This document shows positions 27,324 to 36,466 of a stretch of DNA of 53,104 nt, one piece after another; positions within the stretch are counted from its first letter, which is position 1; every line of letters begins with the position of its first letter. Position numbers and translations under genes: made by a program. The notes beneath the pieces were generated by a model. It made no database searches, was not told where the DNA came from, and saw only the letters and a list, made by a program, of their open reading frames with translations. The DNA is from a virus (taxonomy: Duplodnaviria; Caudoviricetes): positions 1-53,104 of the IMG/VR virus record IMGVR_UViG_3300031787_000166. The stretch is one strand, 5' to 3'.

Positions 27324-28477
27324 GTGAAATCTCGGAAGTCAGGGAGGTTGATGTTCTCGAGGCCCGGAGTCGTCGCCGCGTTGAGGAACCCCGTCAGCCC
27401 CGCGAACACGCTGATCGGCTGGTAGGGGTTGCCCATGTACATGTCGTACCGCTCTCGCTGGCCCGATGCAAGCAGCATCGCCGCCTGACTGGCAAGGGAC
27501 GCATACGCCTGTTCGCCCATGACCCGCAGGTTGGAGCCCAGCTCGCGCATCTGCTGGCCCATCTTCTGGGCCTCAAGGGTCTGCGACCCGAACGCCGTTC
27601 CCACCTGACCGGCGATCTGCGCGCCCTGTGCCGTCATGCTCGCCTGCGCCTGCTTCATCGAAGCAGTCATTTGCCCGAGCTGCGCCATCTGCTGGTTCAT
27701 GTTCGAGAAGATGCCCGAAACGATCTGCGAGGTCTGCGTCTGCGTGTCCATCCAGTTCTGCTGCTTGAGCGCCGCCTTCTCGCCCGGGCTCAGGTCGCCC
27801 ATCATCTCGATTTCCTGATTGCGCGCGGCTGCGCTCCGCCCGATCCCAAACCCTGCGTTGGCGGCGTCCTGCGCACTCGTGTCGCGGAACTGCCGTTCCA
27901 CGTCCATCGATTTCTGGACTGCGGCCTCCATCTGGCTGCCCATCTGGTCGAGCCTCTGGTTCACGTTCCCGAGCTGCTGATCGCGGAACTTGGCGAAGGC
28001 GTCGAAATCCTTCTGTCCCTGCTGCTCGAGCCCGCCGGCGATCCCTTGAAGCGCGCTCCGCTGACCCTGCCCAAGACCCTGCATCGTGGCCGCCGCGTTC
28101 TGCGTGGCGTCCATGAAGCCCTCGGTCGCTTGATTCATACGTTCAAACTGGTAGTCCGCCGCCCCCTGCTGCCGCGACATGTCGAAACCGACCGCCCCTG
28201 CGAGCGCCTGATCGACGTCAAGGAACGGGCTGTTTGGTCCGGCGCGCCGCAAGTTCCGATTGACCTGATCGACCATCGGATGGCCATACGGCACCGCAGA
28301 GCTCACAGGGTTCCTGGGCGACTCGAACTTCTGCGGGCCTCTTGAAGTACCCCCGTTGTTCATCGGGACGGGCCGCGAGCCGCGACTTCGAGCCTGCGAG
28401 AACGGATTCCCCCACTGGGAGAAAGAGCTCACAGGGTCTTGGTTTCCGGGTGCTGGGAAAACTTGCGGTCGGTTCAT
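27320..28477 (-). CDS. Putative DNA ejection/pilot protein
   Basis: MNRPQVFP...; Q/M/A/G-rich; immediately after the nozzle gene. Confidence 0.65.
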   Translation of the reverse strand: MNRPQVFPAPGNQDPVSSFSQWGNPFSQARSRGSRPVPMNNGGTSRGPQKFESPRNPVSSAVPYGHPMVDQVNRNLRRAGPNSPFLDVDQALAGAVGFDMSRQQGAADYQFERMNQATEGFMDATQNAAATMQGLGQGQRSALQGIAGGLEQQGQKDFDAFAKFRDQQLGNVNQRLDQMGSQMEAAVQKSMDVERQFRDTSAQDAANAGFGIGRSAAARNQEIEMMGDLSPGEKAALKQQNWMDTQTQTSQIVSGIFSNMNQQMAQLGQMTASMKQAQASMTAQGAQIAGQVGTAFGSQTLEAQKMGQQMRELGSNLRVMGEQAYASLASQAAMLLASGQRERYDMYMGNPYQPISVFAGLTGFLNAATTPGLENINLPDFRDFT

Positions 28478-31400
28478 CAGCTGCCTCGCGGGTTCGTGGT
28501 GCGCTCGACGTTGGTGATCGTTCCCTTGACGATGCAGCCGAGCAGCCTGAAGTCGAGATCGGGACACAGGATACGGATTCCGGGCGTCAGCGAGGTGCCC
28601 TTCACGCCGTACCGCCCCTCTGTAGCATCGGAACCGAAGGCCGCGTACACCACGCCCTCGAGGTCCTGCACCGAAGGATACTGCTCTCCGTCCGTGTCCA
28701 CCGTGTCGGCGACCGCGTACTGCGTCTCCGTCGTGCCGCGCCAGACCAGCCCGCGGAACCGGTTCAGCCGGTGGTTGGCCGTGACCGAGTCGGTCAGTGG
28801 GGGTCCCGAGACGTCGCTGAACGCGGCCCCGATCGAGCTGACCACCTTCATGCGGAAGAAGTCGGCGTTCGAGAACTGCATCCCCTGCGCGTCCACCAGC
28901 CCGACCGGCCAGCCGCCCCACTCGAACACGACCGGGCTCACGACAAAGACGTCGCCCGACTTCACGCCGGTGAGCCATGCGTTCGCGCCCGTCGTCGAGA
29001 TGGGAACCACCTGCGTCGTCGAGTTGTAGGCCACCTGGAACTTCTTGCCGATGTGCGCCTTGTTATGGGTGCTGTGCACAAGGTAGGCGTAGGCCCCCTT
29101 CCAGCCGTCCGTGACCGCCACCGTTCCCGTACCCGTGCTGATCGGGATCAGGGAGTTGCCCGTGTCCCAGTTGGCGGACGCCACGAAGCGGGAGTCGCCC
29201 GCGAAGTCGAGCAGCGTCAGGCGGCGCGCGCCGTTCCAGCTCGCCGTGGCGCCCGAGATCGTCCGGTTCCGATCTTCGTCCGTGACGTAGACGGCCGGCG
29301 CGAATGTGGCGCTCGAGCCGATTCCTGAAAGACGCGAATCCGGATTGTTCAAGAGGAAGAGGGCGCGGCGCGTCAGGTCGTTCTTGAACCCCGACCCGTT
29401 CAGGAACCCGATCGGCCACGGCCCCTGCTGGCAGTCCGTGAAAGGCATGTCTACCACCTTCGTGGTGCGACCTGACGCGAACCACAGGACGTAGGCCTCC
29501 TGCTGCACGGGGTTGAACACGAAGAGCGCGTTCATGTACGGGTCGTGGGCGACCTGCACCGAGGCGAGGTCGGCAGCCCACTCGCGCACGATCACCTGGT
29601 TCAGGTTCCTGATCTCGTCGAGCTGCCCCTGCATGTCAACGCTGTTGAGCCCGTGCGTCGTCACGAAGTAGGCCGCGCTTCCCACCGAGTCCACGGCCCT
29701 GTGGTTCACGACGCCATAGCCCTGATGCATCTCGGTCACCCGCAAGTAGGGCCCGCTCTTCCTCACGTGGTAGATGCGATCGGTAGACAAGCCCAGCAGG
29801 TTGGAACCTGCCTTCGCAAACGTCACTACCTCGTTGCTCGGGATCGTCGGGTTGTAGCGGTTGAATGGTGGAAACAGCTCAGGACTCATCTCCATCGTGG
29901 AGCTCCAGCGCATTTCCCCGAGTCCGCGCACGACGTCCTGCGTCGACTGCTGATCCGGGGTGCTCGCTGGCGGAGCCACGATCTTCGAGACGATAAGCGT
30001 GTTCTGCAGAAGCCCAGCCGCGCCTGCGAACGGCATCTTCTCGTCGAAGACGCTGCGGTCCACGTAGGCCTGCTGGTAGACGAGCTGCTTGTCCTCGAGC
30101 TCGTAGAAGTACATCGCATGCCTGTTGCTCGTGCTCGCCGGATCGAACGGACGAGTCGTTCCGTTCCGGCAAGTCCAGTAGTCCTTGAGCGTGATCACCG
30201 CATCGAGAAGCGGAATGCCTGCCATCATCGTCCCGCCCGCGTCCTGAATCTTCACGCTCCTGTACACGTACATCGTGTCGTACTTGGACGAGTCGTAGAC
30301 GACCTCGATGCCGATGTACTGATCCTGTTTCACGCTGATGTTGTTGCCGTTCTGCGTCCGGACGACGATGAAGTCCTCGCTGCGAACCTGCCCGACCTCG
30401 CTGAACGCGCTCCTGCGTCCCGTGCTCGAGTCCACGAGCACGTACCCAAAGCTGTAGTCGCCCGGCTCGAACTTGCGCGCCTGGAACCTGTTCTCCGTCG
30501 TGAACGACCCCACCGGGCTCTCTTCGTAGAACCCGGTGCAGTCCGTGCGGAGCGCCGCGACCTTCCACAGGTACTTCTTGCCGTAGGCCAACCGGCCCTG
30601 CGGGAACAGGCTCGCAGGCTCGAAGTACGTCACGCTCAGGCCGGGGGGCATCGTGACCAGCTGATGGTTGTTCAGGGCGCCTTTGCCCTCCTCGACCATG
30701 TAGACGAGCCACTTCACGTTCGCGTCGACCGCGGCGCCGCTCGTGTAGTACGTGGTCCAGTCGAGACGCGGCGTGACGCTCACGCCCGTCTGCTTGTTCG
30801 CCGGACTCAGGAGCTGCGTGACCACGCCCGTTACATCGGTGCAGGCCGAACCAGTGGGGGTGTGCGTGTACGAGGTTCCAGGCTGCGTCACGGCGCCCGG
30901 CGCAGGGAAGGCGTCGCCCGAGCACAGGCCCGAGACCTGATCGGGAAAGAGCACGTCGCCCGAATACGGGTTGTCTGAAAGAAGGATGATCTGCGCGGTG
31001 GCTGGGCGCTTTGCGTCGGCCGTCGTGAACGAACCCGGCGCGATGCCGCGCTCCGGGCTCTCGAGGGCCGGCTGAAGCCCGGGCCCTGTCGAAGTCACGA
31101 CATTGGCCTTGAGGAAGGTCTTGGAGACGAAGGTGATCGTCAGCTTCGGGCGAACGAACGGACTCTGTTGGCCGCGGCCCGAAACGGTCACAAGGCCTGT
31201 GGTTACCGTCGACGAGCGGAGGATCACATCGACCTTGGAAACACCTGATTGATACAAACTTCCAAGGCTTTTCGTGACAATCGTCTTGAAGTTGCTGTCT
31301 TCAAACGTGATCTTGCCGACGAAACCCCCACTGATCTGGACGTTCGAGGTATGCAAGGTGTCCCAGTCGCCGCCGGCGGTGTTCCAGTTGACGGCGGTCT

Positions 31401-32181
31401 TACGCAGGTCCCAGGTCGCGGTCGACTCCTGCCACGGCGTGCCGGTAAAGGACGGATCCGTGACGGCGTTGATGGTGAGGGGGACCGGAGAAGAGTTGGT
31501 ATTGCCGGAGACGATCAGCTCGAGCTTGGCGCTTTCGACCGCAAAGCCTGCTTCAGAACTTGTGTCGAATCGCATCAAGATGTTGCGCAGGTTGGTGGCG
31601 CTGGCCGTCTGAAGCTCGTTTGTGGTCCCGTAGTTCGTGGTGTTGTTGACCGCGGAGATGAAGGTGTCGGCTTCGGCATCGTACTCTTTCGTGCGAGTGG
31701 CCTCGACGTAGAAGAGGATCGGACTGCGGCCTTCGATGAACACGTAGACGAAGCGCCCTACGACCTGCACCGACATCTGCGCCGTTTCCTTGATCGGCAC
31801 GGCTGCTGCAAGCAAGAAGCACTTGGTCCACGTTTGCGTGACGGAGTTCCAGTAGTCGATGAAGATGTCTGCGGTCTGGACCGCGGCCGTGACCTTGGCG
31901 CGGTACACGAAGCCGTAACCGTACTGCTCGGACCCGATGCGAAAGTCGACAGGAAAAAATTCAGTCACCACCGACTTCGAGGTGTAGCCCGGATAGCTAG
32001 GGAGCTGGTCGAAATCGTAGACCTTCTTGAAGCCTGCGAACGGACGAAGGCCTCCTTCGCTGCGTCCATCGACTCCGGTCATCTCGGAGGAGAGGCCGCG
32101 CTGGACGCCAGGACGCTCGACACGCTTGTCAAGCGTGGTGTCGATCACGGGATAGGACCAGTCGTTCTTGATGTCAGGCAT
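28477..32181 (-). CDS. Tail nozzle/tubular B-like protein with inserted DNRLRE(CBM96)-like and Fn3-like domains
   Basis: 1234 aa; ADTFIS...TNYG...RNILMRFD, WQESTATW...W..AGGD; LLSPAN...TPRLDW...YLWKV...SFTT; RWSS and YGVVN propeller-type motifs. Confidence 0.65.
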   Translation of the reverse strand: MPDIKNDWSYPVIDTTLDKRVERPGVQRGLSSEMTGVDGRSEGGLRPFAGFKKVYDFDQLPSYPGYTSKSVVTEFFPVDFRIGSEQYGYGFVYRAKVTAAVQTADIFIDYWNSVTQTWTKCFLLAAAVPIKETAQMSVQVVGRFVYVFIEGRSPILFYVEATRTKEYDAEADTFISAVNNTTNYGTTNELQTASATNLRNILMRFDTSSEAGFAVESAKLELIVSGNTNSSPVPLTINAVTDPSFTGTPWQESTATWDLRKTAVNWNTAGGDWDTLHTSNVQISGGFVGKITFEDSNFKTIVTKSLGSLYQSGVSKVDVILRSSTVTTGLVTVSGRGQQSPFVRPKLTITFVSKTFLKANVVTSTGPGLQPALESPERGIAPGSFTTADAKRPATAQIILLSDNPYSGDVLFPDQVSGLCSGDAFPAPGAVTQPGTSYTHTPTGSACTDVTGVVTQLLSPANKQTGVSVTPRLDWTTYYTSGAAVDANVKWLVYMVEEGKGALNNHQLVTMPPGLSVTYFEPASLFPQGRLAYGKKYLWKVAALRTDCTGFYEESPVGSFTTENRFQARKFEPGDYSFGYVLVDSSTGRRSAFSEVGQVRSEDFIVVRTQNGNNISVKQDQYIGIEVVYDSSKYDTMYVYRSVKIQDAGGTMMAGIPLLDAVITLKDYWTCRNGTTRPFDPASTSNRHAMYFYELEDKQLVYQQAYVDRSVFDEKMPFAGAAGLLQNTLIVSKIVAPPASTPDQQSTQDVVRGLGEMRWSSTMEMSPELFPPFNRYNPTIPSNEVVTFAKAGSNLLGLSTDRIYHVRKSGPYLRVTEMHQGYGVVNHRAVDSVGSAAYFVTTHGLNSVDMQGQLDEIRNLNQVIVREWAADLASVQVAHDPYMNALFVFNPVQQEAYVLWFASGRTTKVVDMPFTDCQQGPWPIGFLNGSGFKNDLTRRALFLLNNPDSRLSGIGSSATFAPAVYVTDEDRNRTISGATASWNGARRLTLLDFAGDSRFVASANWDTGNSLIPISTGTGTVAVTDGWKGAYAYLVHSTHNKAHIGKKFQVAYNSTTQVVPISTTGANAWLTGVKSGDVFVVSPVVFEWGGWPVGLVDAQGMQFSNADFFRMKVVSSIGAAFSDVSGPPLTDSVTANHRLNRFRGLVWRGTTETQYAVADTVDTDGEQYPSVQDLEGVVYAAFGSDATEGRYGVKGTSLTPGIRILCPDLDFRLLGCIVKGTITNVERTTNPRGS

Positions 32182-32644
32182 TGATGGCTCCCCTCAGAGT
32201 ATCGGTCAAAGGAGCCTTTTCTGAGTCGGGCGTCCACTTGGAAAGTGGACATGTCGAGGCAGGCATTCGCGCCTTCACCGTGAGCTCGGAACGGTTCCAT
32301 TCCGGACACCCGCACTTGGTGCACCAACCCAGCTTCTCGGGTTCGTCGGCCCTGCGCAGATGCGGGCATGCGTTGCATACCTCAAGACGAAGAAGGTACT
32401 CTTCGTTCGTGAGGGGCTGGTGCGTGACGAGGCTTGATTCGGCTCGAACCCAGGAAACGGCTCGATTCACCAAAGAAGGTGGAGAGTTCCCGACAGCCGG
32501 AACGCTGACAGGAACGTACATAGGCGCCTTGAAATGGGCGCATTGATTGCACCGTTCTTCTGGCGCGGGAGAGTTGCCGATGCGGGGGTGACGGCACATC
32601 TCCTCCTGACGCCAATAGCAATTTCTCACATGCTCCATCCCCAT
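32174..32644 (-). CDS. Cys-rich DUF6171-like protein
   Basis: RLEVCNAC...CTKCGC...KARMPASTCPLSKW. Confidence 0.7.
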   Translation of the reverse strand: MGMEHVRNCYWRQEEMCRHPRIGNSPAPEERCNQCAHFKAPMYVPVSVPAVGNSPPSLVNRAVSWVRAESSLVTHQPLTNEEYLLRLEVCNACPHLRRADEPEKLGWCTKCGCPEWNRSELTVKARMPASTCPLSKWTPDSEKAPLTDTLRGAINA

Positions 32645-34176
32645 GACGTGGTCCTTTCTTCGACTTCGCACCAGCCCGGCCAATAGCATCTGCGCACAGT
32701 GTACGGGGCCACCCCGGAGGAAGAACAGCTAGGCGGGCAAAAGACAGCGCTGTTGGGGGTACAGCTGCAAATAGATCCCTGCGGGCAATAAGGATCCCCG
32801 GCATTTTCGACAGCGCAAAAGTACGGAGAGTCGCCTTGGTTGTTTGGGTCGTTGGAGCCCCCGTTGCAGTAGGGGGGAAACTCCAGCACTTGCTCCAAAG
32901 GCTGACAAGGGGAACAGCCTACGCCCGCCATGTCAATGCCGTCAGCCCCAAAACCGTACAGAGGTGAAGGGTGCATCGAGCAGCCGTTGATCGGGCTGTC
33001 GAATGTACTTGAATTAAGGCAGTTGCTCTTGCCGAAGATCGCGAACGGCCTGATGCAGAACGGCGTTTGAAGTTCGACAACGCAATTTTCCGGCTCCCCA
33101 CAAGGCCACGGACAACAAGGGTCCATGGTTCGATCGTAGATTGAATCGAAGAACTTGTCCGTTGTGTCTGGACTGAAGATCAGCACGGGTTTGACACATT
33201 GGGCATCGGCCTTGCACTGGGTTCCCACGCACACAATCGTGATCACATCTCCCGGGCGAACGAAAATGCTCGGTGAGCCCACGAGAAAAGGCGGAGGTCC
33301 AGGGATGGAGTTGGGGCAGGAACCAAAGTCTGGCGGACACTCTCCTGGTCCGCAACTCGAACCCCCCGCCGTAAGTTGTCCGTTGTAGGTGAATTCTCGG
33401 GTTTCCAAAAGTCTGAAGTCAATTTGGTCTGGACTCTGGGGGCATTCAATGCCTTCGCAACCCGCTCCTGAACAAGCATCGTTGCTGTCTGCAGCGGTGC
33501 CGCAATTCCAGGACAAACACGGATTGGGCCCGGTTCGAGGACTTGGCTCCGGCCAGTAGCCGTTTGCATCGAAGAAATCCTGACAAGTGCCTAGATTGCC
33601 CAAAGAGCTATTTATTCCGCAAGGAACGCACTGAGCGCCAGGTACGGAAGTAGAAGTGCAGCCGCCCGGTTGCGGACAGGTCCAGTAGAATCCGCAAGGC
33701 GGATTTCCATTGACGCAAAGGCTCATCAGGCCCGCATACGTCGCGCTGAATTCAGAGTTGGGACTGCCATAAGTCACGCAGTCCCCTATTTCAGTCCGGC
33801 TTCCGCATTGGAGAGGCGCCCACGGAAGCTGCCAACACGTGTAGCTTTGTCCGACGTCGCGGAGGTAGATCTTCTTCTGATAGGAAAAGTTGCAGGTCTG
33901 GGCCGAGTACCGGTACAAGGCGTTGAATGGGGCTATTCCGGCCTCTGCAACAACGCAAGTGCTGCCTGAACGAGTCAAGGTCGCCGTGACCGTCCAATGG
34001 ATCTCTTCAATCAGCAGGGTCTGAGTGCCCGGAAGAATCTTCTTGTTCGTGATCGCGCTTGCGCTCAAGGAAACGTTGATCGGGCCCGTAGGACTGCAAC
34101 TCCACCAATCGCAGCATTGGCTGGCGCAAGATTCGGAATTGCAGCAGCATCCGGTCGAGACCACTCCGTTGCTCAT
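32626..34176 (-). CDS. Extremely Cys-rich protein in tail module (about 48 Cys in 516 aa)
   Basis: GCCC N-terminus; lower GC at third codon positions. Confidence 0.8.
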   Translation of the reverse strand: MSNGVVSTGCCCNSESCASQCCDWWSCSPTGPINVSLSASAITNKKILPGTQTLLIEEIHWTVTATLTRSGSTCVVAEAGIAPFNALYRYSAQTCNFSYQKKIYLRDVGQSYTCWQLPWAPLQCGSRTEIGDCVTYGSPNSEFSATYAGLMSLCVNGNPPCGFYWTCPQPGGCTSTSVPGAQCVPCGINSSLGNLGTCQDFFDANGYWPEPSPRTGPNPCLSWNCGTAADSNDACSGAGCEGIECPQSPDQIDFRLLETREFTYNGQLTAGGSSCGPGECPPDFGSCPNSIPGPPPFLVGSPSIFVRPGDVITIVCVGTQCKADAQCVKPVLIFSPDTTDKFFDSIYDRTMDPCCPWPCGEPENCVVELQTPFCIRPFAIFGKSNCLNSSTFDSPINGCSMHPSPLYGFGADGIDMAGVGCSPCQPLEQVLEFPPYCNGGSNDPNNQGDSPYFCAVENAGDPYCPQGSICSCTPNSAVFCPPSCSSSGVAPYTVRRCYWPGWCEVEERTTSWGWSM

Positions 34177-34955
34177 ACGCAGGTCACCTGAAGAGGATTG
34201 GGTTCACTAAACCAAGGTACGCAAGTGAGGTCGAGCATCATGTCGACGACGGCTCCCGTTGGAATCTTCAACCTTGTCAAAAGTGCAGGACCAGGGGGAA
34301 TGTTGCCGCCGTCGTTGTTGTAGCTGAGTTCGTACTCGTTGATCGACATGCCGTTCAAAATGCTTGAACGAAGCCCCCCAATCTCTACCCAAGAGTAGGC
34401 CCAGTAGTTGCGCCCGCCGCTCAAAATGGGTCCGAAAGCCCCTGTGATCGAGGCTTTGAATGCGGTGTGGGACAGCCCGCAGCCACAATCGCACCCGTTG
34501 CCGCCACCACCACCGCCGCCGCCTCCGCCACTTCCCGAACCGCAGCCGGACGCAAGGCATTCGTCGATCCCGAGGTAGACGCCGTTCGGGTCCTGCAGGC
34601 ACTTGCCTGAGACGCAAGAGTAGCGAATGCGCTCCTCGGGCCCGATCGGAGGCACCGAGTCCGGGTGCGCCGTGGGCGCGTCGGGCGAACCAAGGTTGGC
34701 AATCAAGTTGAAGATCGAAGGAGCCGAATCGCCTAGTTGACCCCCACTGCCTCCCGGGCCGTTGATGAGGGGCGAAGGACCCGTCTGCTCGGGCAGAGCG
34801 CCAGGAGCCGTCGTAGGGCCTGCATCGGTGAAGCGCAGCCCAGGCACGACCGTGAAGCGCTGGAACCCCTGATCGAGGCGGCTCGACAGCGGCTTCGAGA
34901 AGCCGGGGCTGATCTCGAAGTCGCGGTTGGCCTGGTTGAACAGCTCGTCGGGCAT
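34173..34955 (-). CDS. Tail-associated protein with small Cys module and poly-Gly linker
   Basis: YSCVSGKCLQDPNGVYLGIDECLASGC; GGGGGGGGG. Confidence 0.75.
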   Translation of the reverse strand: MPDELFNQANRDFEISPGFSKPLSSRLDQGFQRFTVVPGLRFTDAGPTTAPGALPEQTGPSPLINGPGGSGGQLGDSAPSIFNLIANLGSPDAPTAHPDSVPPIGPEERIRYSCVSGKCLQDPNGVYLGIDECLASGCGSGSGGGGGGGGGGNGCDCGCGLSHTAFKASITGAFGPILSGGRNYWAYSWVEIGGLRSSILNGMSINEYELSYNNDGGNIPPGPALLTRLKIPTGAVVDMMLDLTCVPWFSEPNPLQVTCV

Positions 34956-35839
34956 CAGAAGGTGAAGAGGTTCTTGTTGTCGACCGTGGCGCCGGTAAAG
35001 CGCTTGCCTGATCGCGAGTTCATGTTGCCGATCAGATCGTGCGCCGTCTTGATCGCGGACTTGTAGGAAAGGGTCAGAAGCTGCATCTGGGCTCCCGTGA
35101 TCTTGCGGCCGGTGCCCGCGCGCATCGCGGCGCTCAGCGAGATCGCGTCGATCATCGGTTCTAGGAGGAACGGAACCACCTCATACGGATACGAGCCGGC
35201 GGCGTTCGTGGCCGCTGTGCGAAGCGTGAGGACGCGCGTGGCCGCCGCGTGTTGGGATACGACCAGCTCATCGGTCACCCCCGATCCGAAGATGCGCAGG
35301 TAGCAGCCAACGTAGGCGTTCTCGCGCTTGTCGACCGATCCAAGCGTCACGTTCGCCGGCATCGTGAACGTGCCGTTCGCGTGGAGGACCCCGTGGTTCC
35401 CGTTCTCGTAGTGGGCCTCGACGTCGCCGCTCGGGATGTAGGCCACGGTCATGTCGCGGTCGGCGGTCGGCGGAGGCTCGAACGAGATCAGGTTGCCCTC
35501 GAGCGCCCAGCCGTTCCCGTAGGTGTTGAAGCGGTTGCGCGGATGGAAGTCCTCGGTCCAGTACCCCGTCGAGGCGTTCATCAGCCCGACGCGCATGATC
35601 TGCCGCACAGTGGGGGGCAGCCTGTAGTGCTGGGTTCCCGTCTTCACCGCGAGCGTGAGGATCTGGACGATCTGGTTGTCGCTCATCATGGAGACGCGAG
35701 AAAGCACGTCGTTCATGGCGCTCGCGAGGAAGAAGCGCACGAGGTAGTTGTCGTCGTACTTGGCATCGAGGTCGGGATCGTCCAGGTAGTGGCGGACCTT
35801 CTCGCAGTACGTCTTGAGGATGGAGCCGGATGAGTGCAT
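34955..35839 (-). CDS. Head-tail adaptor (tubular A-like)
   Basis: VRHYLDD...GTQHYRLP...ISFEPPP...VAYIP pattern; downstream of capsid gene. Confidence 0.65.
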   Translation of the reverse strand: MHSSGSILKTYCEKVRHYLDDPDLDAKYDDNYLVRFFLASAMNDVLSRVSMMSDNQIVQILTLAVKTGTQHYRLPPTVRQIMRVGLMNASTGYWTEDFHPRNRFNTYGNGWALEGNLISFEPPPTADRDMTVAYIPSGDVEAHYENGNHGVLHANGTFTMPANVTLGSVDKRENAYVGCYLRIFGSGVTDELVVSQHAAATRVLTLRTAATNAAGSYPYEVVPFLLEPMIDAISLSAAMRAGTGRKITGAQMQLLTLSYKSAIKTAHDLIGNMNSRSGKRFTGATVDNKNLFTF

Positions 35840-35842
35840 GGT

Positions 35843-36394
35843 TCAGCCTGTGGAGATGATCTTGTTCTGTGCCGCCCAGTTCAGGAGTTCACGCATCTCC
35901 TCGACGTCGGAGTCGTTGTCGGGAACGTCTTCAAGACTCAGATTGTCCGCGGCCTCGTTCAAGCCCTTCTTGCGGAGGACCGAGGCCATGTCGTCCATGA
36001 TGGTCTTGCGCTCGAGGAGCCGCAGTTGCTTCTCGCTGATCCGGTCGAGCCGCGCGCGCCGCTCCTCCTCGACCACGACGTGGCCCGGGCGGCACCGGCT
36101 CTCGATCCACTCCATGTCGGGCAGGTCGGCGGGGTTCTCCTCGGGCTTCTTCGAGAAGATGCAGATCTCGACACACACGGCGATCCCCTGCCCCCAGGTG
36201 CGCGGCTTCACGGACCAGCAGGCCAGCCCGAACATCTTCGACTTGCGGTGGAAGTAGACGAACAGGTCCTTCTGGGAGGTGCGCTCCCTCACCGCTTTGA
36301 TCCAAGGACCGTCGGGCACGAGCTCGAACCGCTCGGGGCTCATCTCGGTGCCGAGCATGAGTGCTGCCGTGATCTCGTCGTCGCTCATCGCCAT
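35843..36394 (-). CDS. Hypothetical protein downstream of capsid gene
   Basis: GGAG SD; coding bias. Confidence 0.75.
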   Translation of the reverse strand: MAMSDDEITAALMLGTEMSPERFELVPDGPWIKAVRERTSQKDLFVYFHRKSKMFGLACWSVKPRTWGQGIAVCVEICIFSKKPEENPADLPDMEWIESRCRPGHVVVEEERRARLDRISEKQLRLLERKTIMDDMASVLRKKGLNEAADNLSLEDVPDNDSDVEEMRELLNWAAQNKIISTG

Positions 36395-36403
36395 GCAGGT
36401 CTC

Positions 36404-36440
36404 CAAAGAATAGGGGCCGCCCCATTCACGAGGCGGCCCC
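36404..36440 (-). terminator. Terminator after major capsid gene
   Basis: GGGGCCGCC...GGCGGCCCC then TATTCTTT on the - strand. Confidence 0.75.
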
Positions 36441-36466
36441 AGTGTAACCGTTCCGTCAGCCGGGGA

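Noticed and set aside
32626-34176. Diversity-generating retroelement target
   Set aside because: No reverse transcriptase and no template/variable repeat pair seen.
34501-34530. CCG/CCA trinucleotide run as a contingency locus
   Set aside because: Mixed codons encoding a poly-Gly linker; length changes would stay in frame.
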